Positions 1-12,767 of a stretch of DNA of 64,000 bases are shown one piece after another. Below the pieces are notes generated by a model. It worked only from the letters and a program-made list of their open reading frames with translations, did not search any database and was not told the DNA's origin. The translations under genes and the position numbers were made by a program. How positions within the stretch are numbered: the first letter of the stretch is position 1; every line of letters begins with the position of its first letter. Where the stretch lies: assembly GCF_902459465.1 (NCBI RefSeq), contig NC_047083.1, positions 9,920,001-9,984,000 on the forward strand, given 5' to 3'. Origin of the DNA: Asterias rubens. Its lineage: Eukaryota.

Positions 1-789
1 GCAAGAATACAAAATGTCATCAGCCAACAAAAATTAATCAACAGTTTCTTCAGTTTGGCCAAACAAAAATATAATCATGTTTACTATTACATTCATTTTA
101 TGTAACAGATGGGCAATATTTCTTTTAAAAATGTGGCCAAACCAAAATTAAGTTATATTACCCACTATGGAAATTGGCAGGTAAATAGTTAGAGCCAAAC
201 AAAAATATGGGATTGTTTTCAAAGTTATGTCATCATCAGCTAAACAAATTAATCAACAGTTTCTTGGGGTAAAAATATACACTTTAAAGGTAGAGGTGAT
301 GGTTACACAACTAACCCTAATCCTAACCCTATCCCTAGGAATAGGGTTTGGGATAGGGTTTAAATTTTGTAGGATTCTTACTATACTACCATTGCCACCA
401 ACTTTACCAGCCATACAAAATAGTAGACTTTCAGATGGATGCAAAATACAACTTTTTTTAAGGTCATTACAATACAAGTATGAGTTCACCATTCAAATTG
501 GTATTTTTGGATGGGATGAATTGTTTGGGTCTAAAATTCACACAAAAGTTAACACAAAAGTACTGCCTTAACAAACATTGGACACATTTGGTATATTATT
601 CAGAGCAGTATTCTCACTTTGTGTATCCCAACATTTTGCATAAAGTATCAATCTGAGAAAGGCATTAGGCCTGAATTATTTCTCAATTTCAAATATTTTA
701 CTAAGAAATTCCCTCTTTCTCAAAACCTATGTTAGGCCTACTTTAGGGGGAGTTGTTTCTCACAATCAACAAAACACGAACAAAACCAT

Positions 790-2240
790 AACCCCCCCCC
801 CCCCCCAAAAAAAGATATCCCCCCCCCCTCAAAGAAAAAGTCACCAAAAAGGCCCATAATTTTTTTTTATGAAAACAAGAGTAAAGCCTGCCCCTCTCAA
901 ACAAAATTTAAATACAATTAGCCCCCCTAAATAAAAGGGGGGGGTCTGCCCCCTAAACAAAAAGTTTAAAAAATAAAAAAAGGAAAAAAAATCGCTCACC
1001 CCAAAATAAAAGCACAAAAAAAACCATAACCCCCCCCCCCAAAAAAAAACATTGGCCCCCTCAAAAAAAGTCCCCCCCCCAAAAAAAAAGGATGAATAAA
1101 AAAAAGGGAAGACAATCGTCCATCACAAAAATAAAAACAAAAACAAAACATTACCCCCACCCCCCCCCCCCCCCCCAAAAAAAAAACATCTGCCCGCCTC
1201 GAAGAAAAAGTCCCCCAAACGCCCATTAACATCTTTTAATAAAAAAAGGCTGCCCCCGAAACAAAACCCACAAATTGAAAAAGAAAAACCTGCCCCTATA
1301 AAAAAAAGTCCACCCCCCCCTAAAAAAATGTTTTAAAAAGTTGAACAAAGTCTGTCCCAAAAATAAAAACACAGAAAAAAAACATCCGCCCCCCCCCACC
1401 CCCTCAAAGAAAAAGTCTTCCAAAAAACGCCCTTAACATTTTTTAATGTTAAAAGGGTGCCATCCCCTCTGCCCCCTAAAAAATAGAGGTCTGCCCCCTA
1501 AAAAAAATGAAAAAAGGAGAAAAAGTCCGTCCCCAAAATAAAAACACAGAAAAAACAAAGCACAAAAAAGACATCCGCCCCCCCTCACCCTCAAAGTAAA
1601 AGTCCCCCCAAAACACCCTAAATAACTTTTAATAAAAAAAATGATGCCCCCTCAAACAAAACCCCTAAAAAAAATTAAAATACAACCTGCCCCCCTTGAA
1701 AAAAAAGGGTCAGCCCCCTAAAAAAAATGTAAGAAAAAAAAGGAAAATAGGTCCACCCCAAAAAACCATCCGCCCCACTCAAAGAAATATTCCCGCAAAG
1801 CTCTCAATTTTGTTTCAATGAAAAACAGGCTGCCCCCCTCACAAACAAATTTAAATATCATCTGCCGCCCCCCCCCCCAAAAGGACAAAGGTCCGCGATC
1901 TTTAAAAGTCCAGCCCCAAAGATAAAAACACAAAAAAGCCACAAAACCCCCCAAAGACAAAACATAAAAAAAAAAAACATCCGCCCCCTCAAAGAATAAG
2001 TCCCCCCCAGAATCGACAAAAAGGCTGCCCCCTCAAACAAAACTCGCAAACAAATTTAAAATACAATCTGCCCCTCAAGAAAAAATGTAAAAACAAAGGA
2101 AAACAAATCTGCCCCAAAAACATACCCCCCCCCCCCCTCCCTCCAAATAAAAAGTCCACCCAAAACGCCCCCAATTGTTTTTTTTTTTTAAGGCTGCGCC
2201 CCTCAAACAATTCCCCCCCCCCCAAAAAAAATAAAAAATA
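790..2240. repeat. Degenerate A/C-rich tandem repeat (about 8 units of roughly 140-230 bp) with long homopolymers
   Basis: Recurring ctcaaagaaaaagtcccc-like motif at about 829, 1060, 1200, 1404, 1590, 1779, 1989 and 2140; very noisy. Confidence 0.75.
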
Positions 2241-2395
2241 CAAATACAAATACAAATATTATAAATTCCTAGTTACGGGCCTGTGAGTATTGACTAAAAT
2301 GTGTCCAGTGCCATTAACAAGCAAGTTCTAGTGCTCTGATAAATAGTTTTTTTTATGCAGCCATCTAGTGTCCTGAAAGTCTCCATTGGACCTAC

Positions 2396-2558
2396 CTTTA
2401 CTTTGACGCGATTGACAAGAGGTGCAGCTCCCATCAAGCTTACAAATCTATTCCACGTCAGCTGTTGGCCAAAACAGAGGTTCCTGTGTCGAAGATTGCT
2501 TGGCAACCTCAATCGAAGAACTTTCCTAGTGGAGATTTTCTCTGTTCAGCAGTAGACC
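2396..2558 (-). other. Exon-like segment (163 nt), possibly containing a start codon (MGAAPLVNRVKVK, ATG at 2434, phase 0)
   Basis: Polypyrimidine acceptor ttttcttaccatttcag| and donor AAG|gtaggt. Confidence 0.4.
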
Positions 2559-3549
2559 CTGAAATGGTAAGAAAAATACAAACTTTGACTCCACATTGGG
2601 GTAAGGGTTGCAAATTATCAGCATTTATAATTATCAGTTAAATTTACAATAACAAATTCTGATATGAACCTCAAGGGGAAATAAGCTAATTAGGGGCCAT
2701 TTGAAATAGTCAATGTTGAAAAACAGATGTTTTAATAATTGGTGCGCAATAAAAATAAAGTCGGGATTTCAAAACACTTAAAAAGTTTGTAAGTGGGCGA
2801 CAGGTACCCTATAATTAGCCAAACAAACATATGTTCTGTTTTTTTGTTACCAGACCTACTCAAAATTACACTGTGAACTTCGCAAGACTTAATTTTTATT
2901 TGACCTTTTTAAATATGTAATCCCATAATAATATCATTTCAATAAATGGGATGGTCACCGTGCACCCAATGACCAACCAAGTTTGCATGTGTAAGCTCAC
3001 AGTCACATGTGGGCTTAGGCAGTGTGTACTTGGTTTGGTATGCCCGCTATACTGTTTACTCAGTACTTTGCCAAGTTCTGTGTAACAGTCACAGAATAAC
3101 CCTCCAGCAGGGTTCAACCCCATGACGATTAAAAATTGTACAAGATTATTTTATATGTCATCAAATGTAAACATCTCACAGTGCAAGATATTAGTTGTTT
3201 ATGACTTTACAACTAAATTAGGATATGCAATAACCTCTAGCCAACCTTTTACTCTATACATTGTACCTATGGTGGGGTAAAAATCTGAGCCAATTACTAA
3301 ACACACATTTAAAGTGTCTACTGCACATGACAGACTTTTCTAGATGTGCGCATAATTAATTAAATCCCGCCCATTCTGGCTGTCCAAATAAACATCCACG
3401 ATGCACATGAGGGTGACTACCTTGTTCCCAACAGTACCTGATGATCAGACTCTTGTATGTGGACTAAACATTGTGGGGATGAGCATATATTGCATGAGGG
3501 CCTTTGTGTTATTCCACTTCCAGGCCTATAACAAAGTTCTCAAGCTTAC

Positions 3550-3702
3550 CAGGTCCATCTTTCACAAGTTTAGGTTTGGTGAGTCCATTGTACTCTGTCA
3601 GTCTTAGTCTCTCTGAAGCATTACAAATCAGATAAACTCTGGATGGATCTGTGCGTAGATGCTCTCCTTTATCTTGTTGAAGGCCTTAAGTTGCAAGTTC
3701 TC
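3550..3702 (-). other. Exon-like segment (153 nt) of the unidentified left-hand gene; stops in all three frames
   Basis: Acceptor ...tgtgtttaaag| and donor CTG|gtaagc; higher GC than its flanks. Confidence 0.35.
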
Positions 3703-4049
3703 CTTTAAACACAAATAATAAATACATTTGATCAAATCATAAATTACGGTGCTAACAGTGGAGGCAACTTGGTTCATTAAATATCAGGGTTTGTGACTCA
3801 CAAAGTTTTTATAGGGAAATAAAGTCTAAAAACTGGTCAACATCAGAAATGTTTCAAAAAAAAGAAAATATGTAGAAATTTTTAGAGCAAGGGATATTAA
3901 AAGAGAAAATGTATGACTTATTTGCGAACAGGGCTATGAACTTTGATTATAAATACAAATGAGGCTCGATCAAAAAGGCATATTTTGTATTCAGTAAACA
4001 AATAGTAAAAAAACAATTTAAAAAGGTATTTGGATGGAAATTGAAATGC

Positions 4050-4720
4050 AAAGCAAGAAATAAGGGAAGAAGAACTTTTATTAGTATACAACAAAAATAT
4101 TCACAAAATGGGATTATTTTAAAATACAAGGTTTAAGCATGATATAAGGGAAGAAACTGTTGTTATTATTACACAACAAAAATATGCACAAAATGGAGTT
4201 ATTTTAAAATACAAGGTTTAAGCAAGAAATAAGGGAAGAAACTGTTGTTATTATTATACCACAAAAATATTCACAAAATGGAGTTTTTTTAAAATACAAG
4301 ATTTAAGCAAGATATAAGGGAAGAAACTGTTGTTATTATTATACAACAAAAATATGCACAAAATGGAGTTATTTTAAAATACAAGATTTAAGCAAGATAT
4401 AAGGGAAGAAACTGTTGTTATTATTATACAACAAAAATATGCACAAAATGGAGTTTTTTTTAAATACAATATTTAAGCAAGATATAAGGGAAGAAACTGT
4501 TGTTATTATTATACAACAAAAATATGCACAAAATGGAGTTATTTTAAAATAGAAGATTTAGGCAAGAAATAAGGGAAGAAAACTGTTGTTATTATTATAC
4601 AATTAAATAATCACAAAATGAAATTATTTTCGAAATAAGGGAAGAAACTGTTGTTATTATTATACAACAAAAATATTCACAAAATGAAATTATTTTAAAT
4701 ACAAGATTTAAGCAAGAAAT
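4050..4720. repeat. 85-bp minisatellite, about 7.5 copies
   Basis: The aagggaagaaactgttgttattatt anchor recurs at 4146, 4231, 4316, 4401, 4486 and 4571. Confidence 0.9.
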
Positions 4721-5577
4721 GATGTAGGTACACCTTTAAATAAATTATAACTAAACAGAAATTATTCAAAACAAATACAAGAAGCAAGAAATATTTGTAT
4801 TATTATTGGTCTATTAAAATTGCAAATAATGGCTTGACAAAAAGCCAAATTTGGGATAAACGTTTTTTAGTAAAAACATTTCAATTAAAGGATGGAATTG
4901 AAAGAGAAAGGTTACAAAATCTACAATCAATGTAGGAACACCGATAACTACCAAAATATATGAAAAGGTGAAATCATTAAAAGTACAAGATAAGAAGCAA
5001 GAAATAAGGACAGGAAAAAGGGGATAAACCAGAGAGAAGTTGTTATTATTTATTATTCATTATTTGTCTATCTTAGAATTGCAATTATGGCTTGACCATA
5101 AAGCAGATTTGAGGATACATTGTAATGTAATAAAAATGCATGGCAAAAGTGATTTCAATATTGTCAGGTCAAATGTTGACACAATTCGCCAAGTGTGTGG
5201 TGGGGGAGGGAGGGGGGGGGGGCAACATCTCTGGGGTACAGAATCAAAACTTAACAGGTATTGAAAAACACGAGATACATGTACATGTAATGTGACTCAT
5301 CATTGTAAGCAAGAAATCAGGACAATCTCTTGCTTGGGTACAAAATCAGTCCCACACCGGCATAGGTCCTACCGGCACCACATGACAGTGCCAGTTATGA
5401 CTCGTTAGAATAAGGGCATTGTGGAAATATTATGGGGAAATCTAACCACAACAAAGTAGAAGAACATCAATCATTCCTATTCAATCAGAATGTTATGCAA
5501 TCGACAGACGGCCGGGCAAGAGACATGACTCTTGCTTGGCGTCGTTCATTCAACTTTCAAGATTCAACAAAACTTAC

Positions 5578-5760
5578 TCAAAATGCCGGGTGGTCTGCCT
5601 GAAATTTACACCCATTCCCCGGCTGGCTGTTCTCTGTGATTTGATGTGAATTCCCGTGGTGACACTCGCATTCGCAGACGACAGACAGCAAACAGAATAT
5701 TGATTTAAAAAGAACTGTTTCCATCACAACAATAAAAGCTTTTTTTTCGTTGCAGAAGTC
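5578..5760 (-). other. Putative first (non-coding) exon of an unidentified gene; duplicated at 36679 and 52966
   Basis: Strong donor GA|gtaagt at 5578 in locally CpG-enriched sequence. The upstream boundary is unknown. Confidence 0.4.
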
Positions 5761-7659
5761 AAAACAACAACCAGCAGTCTTAGTCCCCAATCGTTTTCCA
5801 TTAGTGCCTGTTTCTTCATACTAATATCTACGTAATAAAAATACTTTAGGTACCATACTAATTCTGTAACTTCTCAAAAGAGGGCGCTGCTTACATTTTG
5901 TCGCAATTTTTTGTCGACCCGCTTCAGAAATAATTACGCCCCCCCCCCCCAAAAAAAAAAGAAGTTTAAGAATTTAAATACAAGAACTACATGTATTCAT
6001 TATTGAGTTAAAACGGCAAAAATCTATGAATTTATCGTCAACAGATGAGTTATCATTTTCCTGGTCCCAATGCTTCCTCCGATACTAAAAAATAATGGAA
6101 ACAAGATAAAAAGCCTTAAAAAAGGGGCGTGATTCACGGGGCCACCGTCGTTTATATAAAACCACCCCCTCTATGTTTATCGTTCCTTAAATTATTTTCC
6201 CCTTTTTGGGGGAGGGGGAAAGGCACTGGAAATTTTGTGGGAGGCGCCCCTCCCCTTCCCTGCCGGCTACGCGCCGCTGCCTGCTTGGGTGACTCCTATA
6301 CAAGAGATAGGACTAGGTGGTGATCGCAAATTTCGCTAACCCTAGTTTCGAAATGTGTGACCCGCTCCCTGCGCCCAATTTCATGAAACATGCTAAGCAA
6401 AATTCTGCCTGACAAAAAAAAATACACAATATTTTGCTAAGCAAAATAAAAAAAGTTAATTGAGTGGTCACAACAATGTCAGTGGGCTGGTAGCCCGTTT
6501 CTGTAATGGCAATGTTTTGTCTATGCTTATGTGAGTTTTTGTGCTTACAGGTTTTATAAAATCCTTAGCCTTGGTGTCAGTGTCAACATGACCTAGGGGG
6601 CGGGGGGGGGGGGAGGGGGGACACACTGGTTGATGAGTTAGTCTAACTACTTTCAGACCCAGAAATTTCAACGTTCAAGGTTTTTGAAAAGGGGGGGGGG
6701 GGAGGGAGCACCAAAAATCAGGGTGGCTGCTTCCCTTTTAAGCATAAACTACAACCTGAAATCTTGAAAAAAAAAGGGAAAAAAAAACATGTTTAGCAGA
6801 ATAATAAGTTTTTTTAGCCCCGTTTGCTATGCTCTTTTTACTAATGAATTTTAACAAATCTTCGGACAGGATTTGCCAAATGTTTTGAAATATTGATAAT
6901 TTTTGGACATTTGAAACTAATTTTGCTCGTTGAATATTTTTGTGTGAAGTTTTCCCCTCAACAAAATAAACTCTAGTAAAGAAAATCAAAGGAATTGACT
7001 CAAAAAAATTAATTATTCACTACTGACCATGGAACAAATTATCTACATTTTAAAAACCTTTATTTTATTACAGACATTAAAATAATATTTAATTAACACA
7101 ATTTAAAGGTAAATATTAAACTTGGCTTGCTGTCATAAATGAACAATCTGTGTTTTTCCTCAAATTTAATGTTAAAAATAACAACAAATTATACACATGA
7201 GCCTTTTATACACATACTTGTCATGTGTGCATTTATACCATAAATATTCTTTTGATTGGTAAACAGTTTGTAACAGCGAAGTCTATTTTCTTTTTCAAAA
7301 ACTGCCATATTCTTGAGTCGGCCATTTTAAGTCTTACTCCCTGACTGACAGGGTTTTGGATACACACAATGCTCATGAGAGTAACCAGACTGTTTTTGTC
7401 TACTGAGGAATATCTAATAGATGTAATTGAATTGTCAAACAGGCTTAAAGGAACATTACAGAATTGTTTTTTGATAACAAAACAGTTGCTGGCAGTGTAA
7501 GAACTTTTTGTAATCCACCATATACATAAACTGACAAGGGTTTAGAAGTTTGAGATCGATCAACCATCTGGATCAGAAGAATGATATTGTGCGCTTTCTG
7601 CATGGGGCTAGAAATAATTTCAGAGGGAAATATTTCACTGGGGAGGGGGCGTGGTTCCA

Positions 7660-7927
7660 GGTCAGGATATCACAAAGAGTTAAGACTAGTCTTATTTAGG
7701 ACTAGCCTCAAGTTTTTAATATCTCCTAGGACTACTCCTAAATTAGGACTAGTCTTAACTCTTTGTGAAATCAACCATAGGGGCCGATTTCACAAAGATC
7801 TAAGATTGATCTTAACTGCAAATCAATCATAGGTGCTTAGTAATGTGTGATGTCACAATACAAATCACCATGGTGATACTGACAACACATCTTACGATGA
7901 ATCTTAGTGATTTGTGAAATCAGGCCC
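7660..7927. mobile_element. Two adjacent palindromic MITEs (about 7660-7776 and 7781-7927) just downstream of the NOSIP stop; copies at about 38727-38993 and 56041-56308
   Basis: IR pairs atcacaaagagttaagactagtc/gactagtcttaactctttgtgaaat and gggccgatttcacaaa/tttgtgaaatcaggccc. Confidence 0.75.
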
Positions 7928-7963
7928 TGGAGCCGTAGACGTGATTTGTGGCAATCTTAACAA

Positions 7964-10900
7964 TCACGACGCCATCATGACTGGTCTGGCTTTCTTGGCT
8001 TCAAGCGAAGACTCTGCAGCACTCGCAAATCCAGTTCCTCCCTGAGCAGTAGAAATAAAAAAAATTAACATTACTAAATACAGACTTTTAGACACTTGTC
8101 ATTGTAAGGATGTAGGCTTGGGTATCATCCACTAGGAGCCTGGCTGGTAGAGCAGAATACACTAGGAGAGGGCTACTGCCACCAGGGGCAAGTTGCCACC
8201 TACTCCTAGGGCTGAAACAGGGTAATCCCCTTCACAGTCTGTAAGGATGAAGGCTTGGGTATCATCCACTAAGAGCCTGACTGGTAGAGCAGAATACACT
8301 AGGAAAGGGCTACTGCCACCAGGGGCAAGTTGCCACCTACTCCTGGGGCTGAAACAGGGTTACCCCCTTCACAGTCCGTAAGGATAGGCATGGGTACCAT
8401 CCACTAGGAGCCTGGCTGGTAGAGCAGAATACACTACCTCCCTAACTTTTTACAAAGCATTTAAGCATAAGTGCCTTACTCATCAAGGGCACAAGTGTCA
8501 TGGTCAGGATCCAACAAGCACTCTGCTTAAGGTCCCGTGGGCTGAGACATGCCACACACAAAATGAAAAGAAAAAGAAAAAAAGAAAGATATATTTTTAA
8601 GTAAGCCATAATTTTTTTGTTTTTTTCTTTCTACGCAAGTTGCCAGACACACAAGGCCTGAAGGCCTCTTCAAGGTGTGGGCTACAATTGTTTTTTCCCA
8701 GAGGCTGTTGCCACCTACTCCTAGGGCTGAAACAGGGTTACCCCTTTCACAGTCCATACGGATGTAGGCTTGGGTATCATCAGTCCGAAGCCTGGCCGGT
8801 AGAGCAGAAAGCACTACCTCCCTGTGTGACCAAGGATCGCCCCCAAGTTTATGATTCAACCTGGGAAGCGGTAGCCAGGGGCTCACCTGAAGATAGTCTC
8901 CGCTATTCGTATAAAACTAACCCTTCTGATTTTGATGATGTCATTCTCCTTCAGTGTGTCTCCTGTGAAGGGGTCTGTCATGTCCTTCTTTATGATTTTC
9001 TTGATACAGTCCATTGTGACGACCTTCCCACTTAAAAAAAACAATAGAAAAGTACATACTTAAAGTAGGATTATAAATTTTGCGTGGTGGAAGTACAACT
9101 GAGAGAGGTTTGCAGTAACACCATGTGAAAATCTCTTTTGAGTAGTGTTGATTCTGAGAATAACTGGTTGTTAAGGACTCCCACCTTTGTGTACCAACGA
9201 GCCCATCCCATCCACCAGTTAATACTTTACAAGGCAGTAAATATTGAAGTGTGAAAGTATGCTGGAAGTGTCGTGGCCGAGCAATTAAAAGAATACGGAA
9301 TTCAAACTCTGGTGTTTCTGATCAGCAGAGTGTGGGTTGGAATCCCCAGCCGTGACACTTAAGCAAGACATTTAACCATTGCTTCGTCCTTCGGATGGGA
9401 CGTGAAGCCGTTGGTCCCATGTGTTGTGTAACGCATGTAAAAGAACCCAGTGCACTTATCAAAAAGAAAAGGGGCTCGCCCCGGTGTTCCTGGCTGAGGC
9501 TGCGGCTGAGGCTTGTAAACCCTTATATATTAACAGTTTAGATGTTAGTTTTGCATCAGGTCAAAAGAATATAATTTTTGTTACCCTTAAACCGACGTGC
9601 TTTATAAGCACTATATCCTGTGTTCTGTGAAAATATTCAACTGGCTTAAATGTTATATTTGTATACAGTCACATAAGTCTACCTTGGTCGCAGCACAGCA
9701 CAAGGCGTCTTGTTTGATAAGATGTCATGCGTGACGGCACATTTGTACCGGATCTGCTTGGCCACCAGAGGGCGCTTGTCCTTGACATCATCAGCTCGTA
9801 CGAAGTTCACCTGGATAAGGTTCTTTATCCTCAGAGGCTTCTTGCTCATGGGGCAGTAAACTGCTTTGCTCTGTAGATTTAAAAGTGCGATAATAATAAG
9901 TTTATACAAAGTGCTATTTTTAGGTAGATCAAGGTGCTGTGACAAAAAGAAAATAACGCAATAAAAGCGTAATTTTTGTTAACAATAGACCCCTTGCAAT
10001 ACGCGCAGCGTACTCACATGTGCTTATCCTAAGTGTCATTTTGGGTGTCAAAAAACTTATACAAACATGCAAAACAGAGAGTTGACACCCAAAATTACGC
10101 GCATTGTTCGGAGGCGCGTTCTATATTGTGTAAGACAACAATTATTTTGTGACTTGTTTTACTCATTTCTCAAAAACTACAGCACCTCAGTAATTAATAT
10201 TTGAAGGGAAACTTGTACTATCTGTATCTTCAAACAGTGTAAGTAAAATGTAAACCTGTGGACATTTTTAAAAAGTACCCAAATTCTTTTAAGGAATGTT
10301 ACAGAATTGGTAAGAAACAAAAATCATGAAGGTCACAGATTTACATAATTTTGCTAGCAAAACCAAATCTGTAATGTTCCTTTCAGACTTAAAAAGAAAA
10401 TGCTTACAGGTTTTTGAACTAAAGTCGCTTTGGCTTGAGGTGTTAAAGATGGAATCCAGAAACTTGGAAGTTCAGATTTCTTGTCGCCGTTTTCAGAGAC
10501 AGCTGCTGCTGCTGCTGCTGCTGCAGTGCCGCTGCTGCTGCTGGTGCTTGGGGTCTCGGAATGATCAAGTTTGGCCCTTTTGGTGGGTGGGGCCTCAGAG
10601 AAGGGGTTGAGGGGCTTACTGGTGATACTACGCTCTGGAAAAAGAAAAAAAAAGTTTTTAGGGATGAACGGCGAAAGAAAAAAAACTGCATTAAAAATAA
10701 AATATATAATGGACGGAAAAGGCAGGTAACGTTTTTTGTTCATTTTGTATATGGAGATTTGAGAATGATTAATTAAAAAGAAAATGGCTAGAGCGGGATT
10801 TGACGTCAAGCAGTTGGTCCCATGTGTTGTGTAACGCATGTAAACAAACCCAGTGCACTTATCAAAAAGAGAAGGGGTTGCCCCGGTGTTCCTGGCTGTG

Positions 10901-12767
10901 GCTGCTGTATGCGCCGTAGCACCTTGTAAACCCTTATAAGGTGCTAAATAATTGGGTCTCAAAATTCATCTTTCTGCAAGTTTGTATATACTCAGTGCAT
11001 CGAGTACCTTGTTTGGTAGATACGTAACCTAAAGACTTCGATATTATTATTATTAAATTCAAAGAAAATCACTTCTTTCTCAAAAAACTAGGTTACTTCA
11101 GAGGGAGCTGTTTCTCACAATGTTTTATACTATCAACAGCTCAACAAGAAAGGTTTTGTGCTAATAATTACTTTGAGTATTTACCAATAGTGTCCACTGC
11201 CTTTAAGAGGCGTCCCTTTAAAGTAAAGTTCTAAGAATTCCATCTCCGTACCTTTCTCAATGAAAGCCTTGACCTTGTCTTCCTTCACTGTCTTCTTCAC
11301 TTGGCTCACCTCTTCCTTAAAAAAAATTTCAAAACAAATTTATCAAATGAATAATATCAATTATAAACAGCCTTTATAAAAGTTTCTGACAAAAATGCCA
11401 TTCAAGGGCGCAAGTTCGCAAATTTAGACAAAGTCCAGAAAACTCAAAACAAACCATCGTTAAATTTATAAGGCACCAATACAGTAAGGTGTGGGCTACA
11501 ATTATTTTTTCCCAGATGCGTTTGCCACCTACTCCTAGGGCTGAAACAGGGTTACCCCTTTTACAGTCCATACGAATGTAGGCTTGGGTATCATCGGTCC
11601 GAAGCCTATAGCCATTAGAGCAGAAAGCACTACCTCCCCAATTTTACGTAGCAAGTGTCACGACCGAGACTCGAACCCACACTCTGCTGGTCAAACACCA
11701 ATGGAGAAGATGATTCCATAGAAACGTAGAAATCACATCACTAACGCCTAATACTGATTATAATAATAATATTTACATACGCACGTATCCGCCCTGCTGG
11801 GTGTTCAAGGCACAGTGAACCCCCTCCCCCCTCCCCGAAAAAAATAAAATAAAAATACAAACCTGTTGGAGGCGACACTGACGATGGTATTCCTTCATCT
11901 GTTTCTCATAGTCTTGTTTCTGCTTCAAGACATACTCAATAATTGCCTCCTTGTCATACAGATACCCCTCCTCACTGGAAAAGATAAGATTTGGGGTTGA
12001 GAGTGTGATGGCCGAGTGTTTAAGAATCAAATTCAAGTTCTGGTTGACATAGACACTGGGCACTAACGGTAATTGTCAAAGACCAGTCTTCTTACTTGGT
12101 GTATCTCAACATGCATAAAATAAAAAACCTGTGAAATTTTGTGCTTTCAGATGCTTGATTTCGTGACCTCCAATTCTAAATCCGAGGTCTCGAAATCAAA
12201 TTCGTGGAAAATTACTTCTTTCTCGAAAACTATGTCACTTCAGAGGGAGCCGTTTCTCACAATGTTTTCTACTATCAACCTCTCCCTATTACTCGTTACC
12301 AAGTAAGGTGTTATGCTTATAATAGTGTCCACTGCCTTTAAGTCATCGGGGTGTCGGTTCGAATCCCAGTCATGACACTTGTGTCCTCGGGCAAGATACT
12401 TTCCCAATAATTGCTTCTCTTCATCCAGGGGTATAAACGAGTCAACCCTTGGGACAGTAGGCCCTGCATGTACATCCCGCAGCGCAAATACAGGCGCATC
12501 TCCTGATTGCCATTTTGTGGGTCAAAAGGCAGAAATGGTCGACGCACATTGTTCGCAGACACCATCCTTTTCTGCGCGTTTTTTTGACACACAAAATGGC
12601 GGAGAGGAGGTGTGCGTGTATGTGTGCTGAGCGTTGTGAATAGGGTATATACAGAACATACGTTATGACTGGGTTGGCGCAGGGCTGTAGGGTCAAGCAA
12701 CAACAATCAAAGTCACCCACGGAGTCCTTCCCAAGCCGGGTCTTGTTAGTTCCATAGCCGGATTGAG
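7964..12767 (-). CDS. NOSIP: NOSIP (nitric oxide synthase-interacting protein) copy 1; coding exons 2-8, first coding exon not found in window
   Basis: Exons 12767-12662, 11974-11863, 11315-11252, 10634-10408, 9870-9683, 9030-8922 and 8041-7964 are all GT-AG with compatible phases. They translate to AQSGYGTNKTRLGKDSVGDFDCCCLTLQPCANPVITEEGYLYDKEAIIEY...SKPLNPF...LPSFWIPSLTP...CPMSKKPLR...YKCAVTHDILSNKTPCAVLRPSGKVVTMDC...GGTGF...ARPVMMAS*, which matches NOSIP hallmark motifs. Confidence 0.95.
8103..8440. repeat. 137-bp SINE-derived minisatellite, about 2.5 units (NOSIP copy 1 last intron)
   Basis: Unit anchors at 8131, 8268 and 8403. Confidence 0.9.
9265..9500 (+). mobile_element. tRNA-derived SINE with Deu/Nin-like central domain (copies at about 40590-40830 and 59270-59450; body fragments at about 10800-10930, 42010-42150 and 60660-60800)
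   Basis: A-box-like gtcgtggccgagc and B-box-like ggttggaatccc, then gacgtgaagccgttggtccc...gtaaaagaaccc...gggg...ccccggtgttcctggc, which resembles the Deu-domain as I recall it. Confidence 0.7.
11484..11700 (-). mobile_element. tRNA-derived SINE (partial head plus body); source family of the 137-bp VNTR (also at about 8636-8822, 42720-42970 and 61468-61712)
   Basis: Reverse B box gagactcgaacccacactctgctg is joined to the gccacctactcctagggctgaaacagggttacccc body, which is also the VNTR unit. Confidence 0.7.
12343..12530 (+). mobile_element. 5'-truncated tRNA SINE (B box plus CORE-like segment); copies at about 43620 and 62355
   Basis: ggttcgaatccc followed by gacacttgtgtcctcgggcaagatacttt...tgcttctcttcatccaggggtataaa. 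Confidence 0.55.

Noticed and set aside
996-2255. G/F-rich ORFs
   Set aside because: They are translations of low-complexity homopolymer sequence.
5578-5790. 70-aa ORF MGTKTAG... as a protein
   Set aside because: Non-ATG start, no recognisable domain, and its stop coincides with a splice donor; more likely UTR.
8527-9035. ORFs of 119 and 131 aa in NOSIP introns
   Set aside because: They are built from SINE body sequence and, for the plus-strand one, the antisense of exon 7.
10354-10962. 202-aa ORF (and the 41550-42275 and 60200-60823 equivalents) as single-exon proteins
   Set aside because: Only the NOSIP exon 5 part is coding; the rest is intron and SINE read-through.
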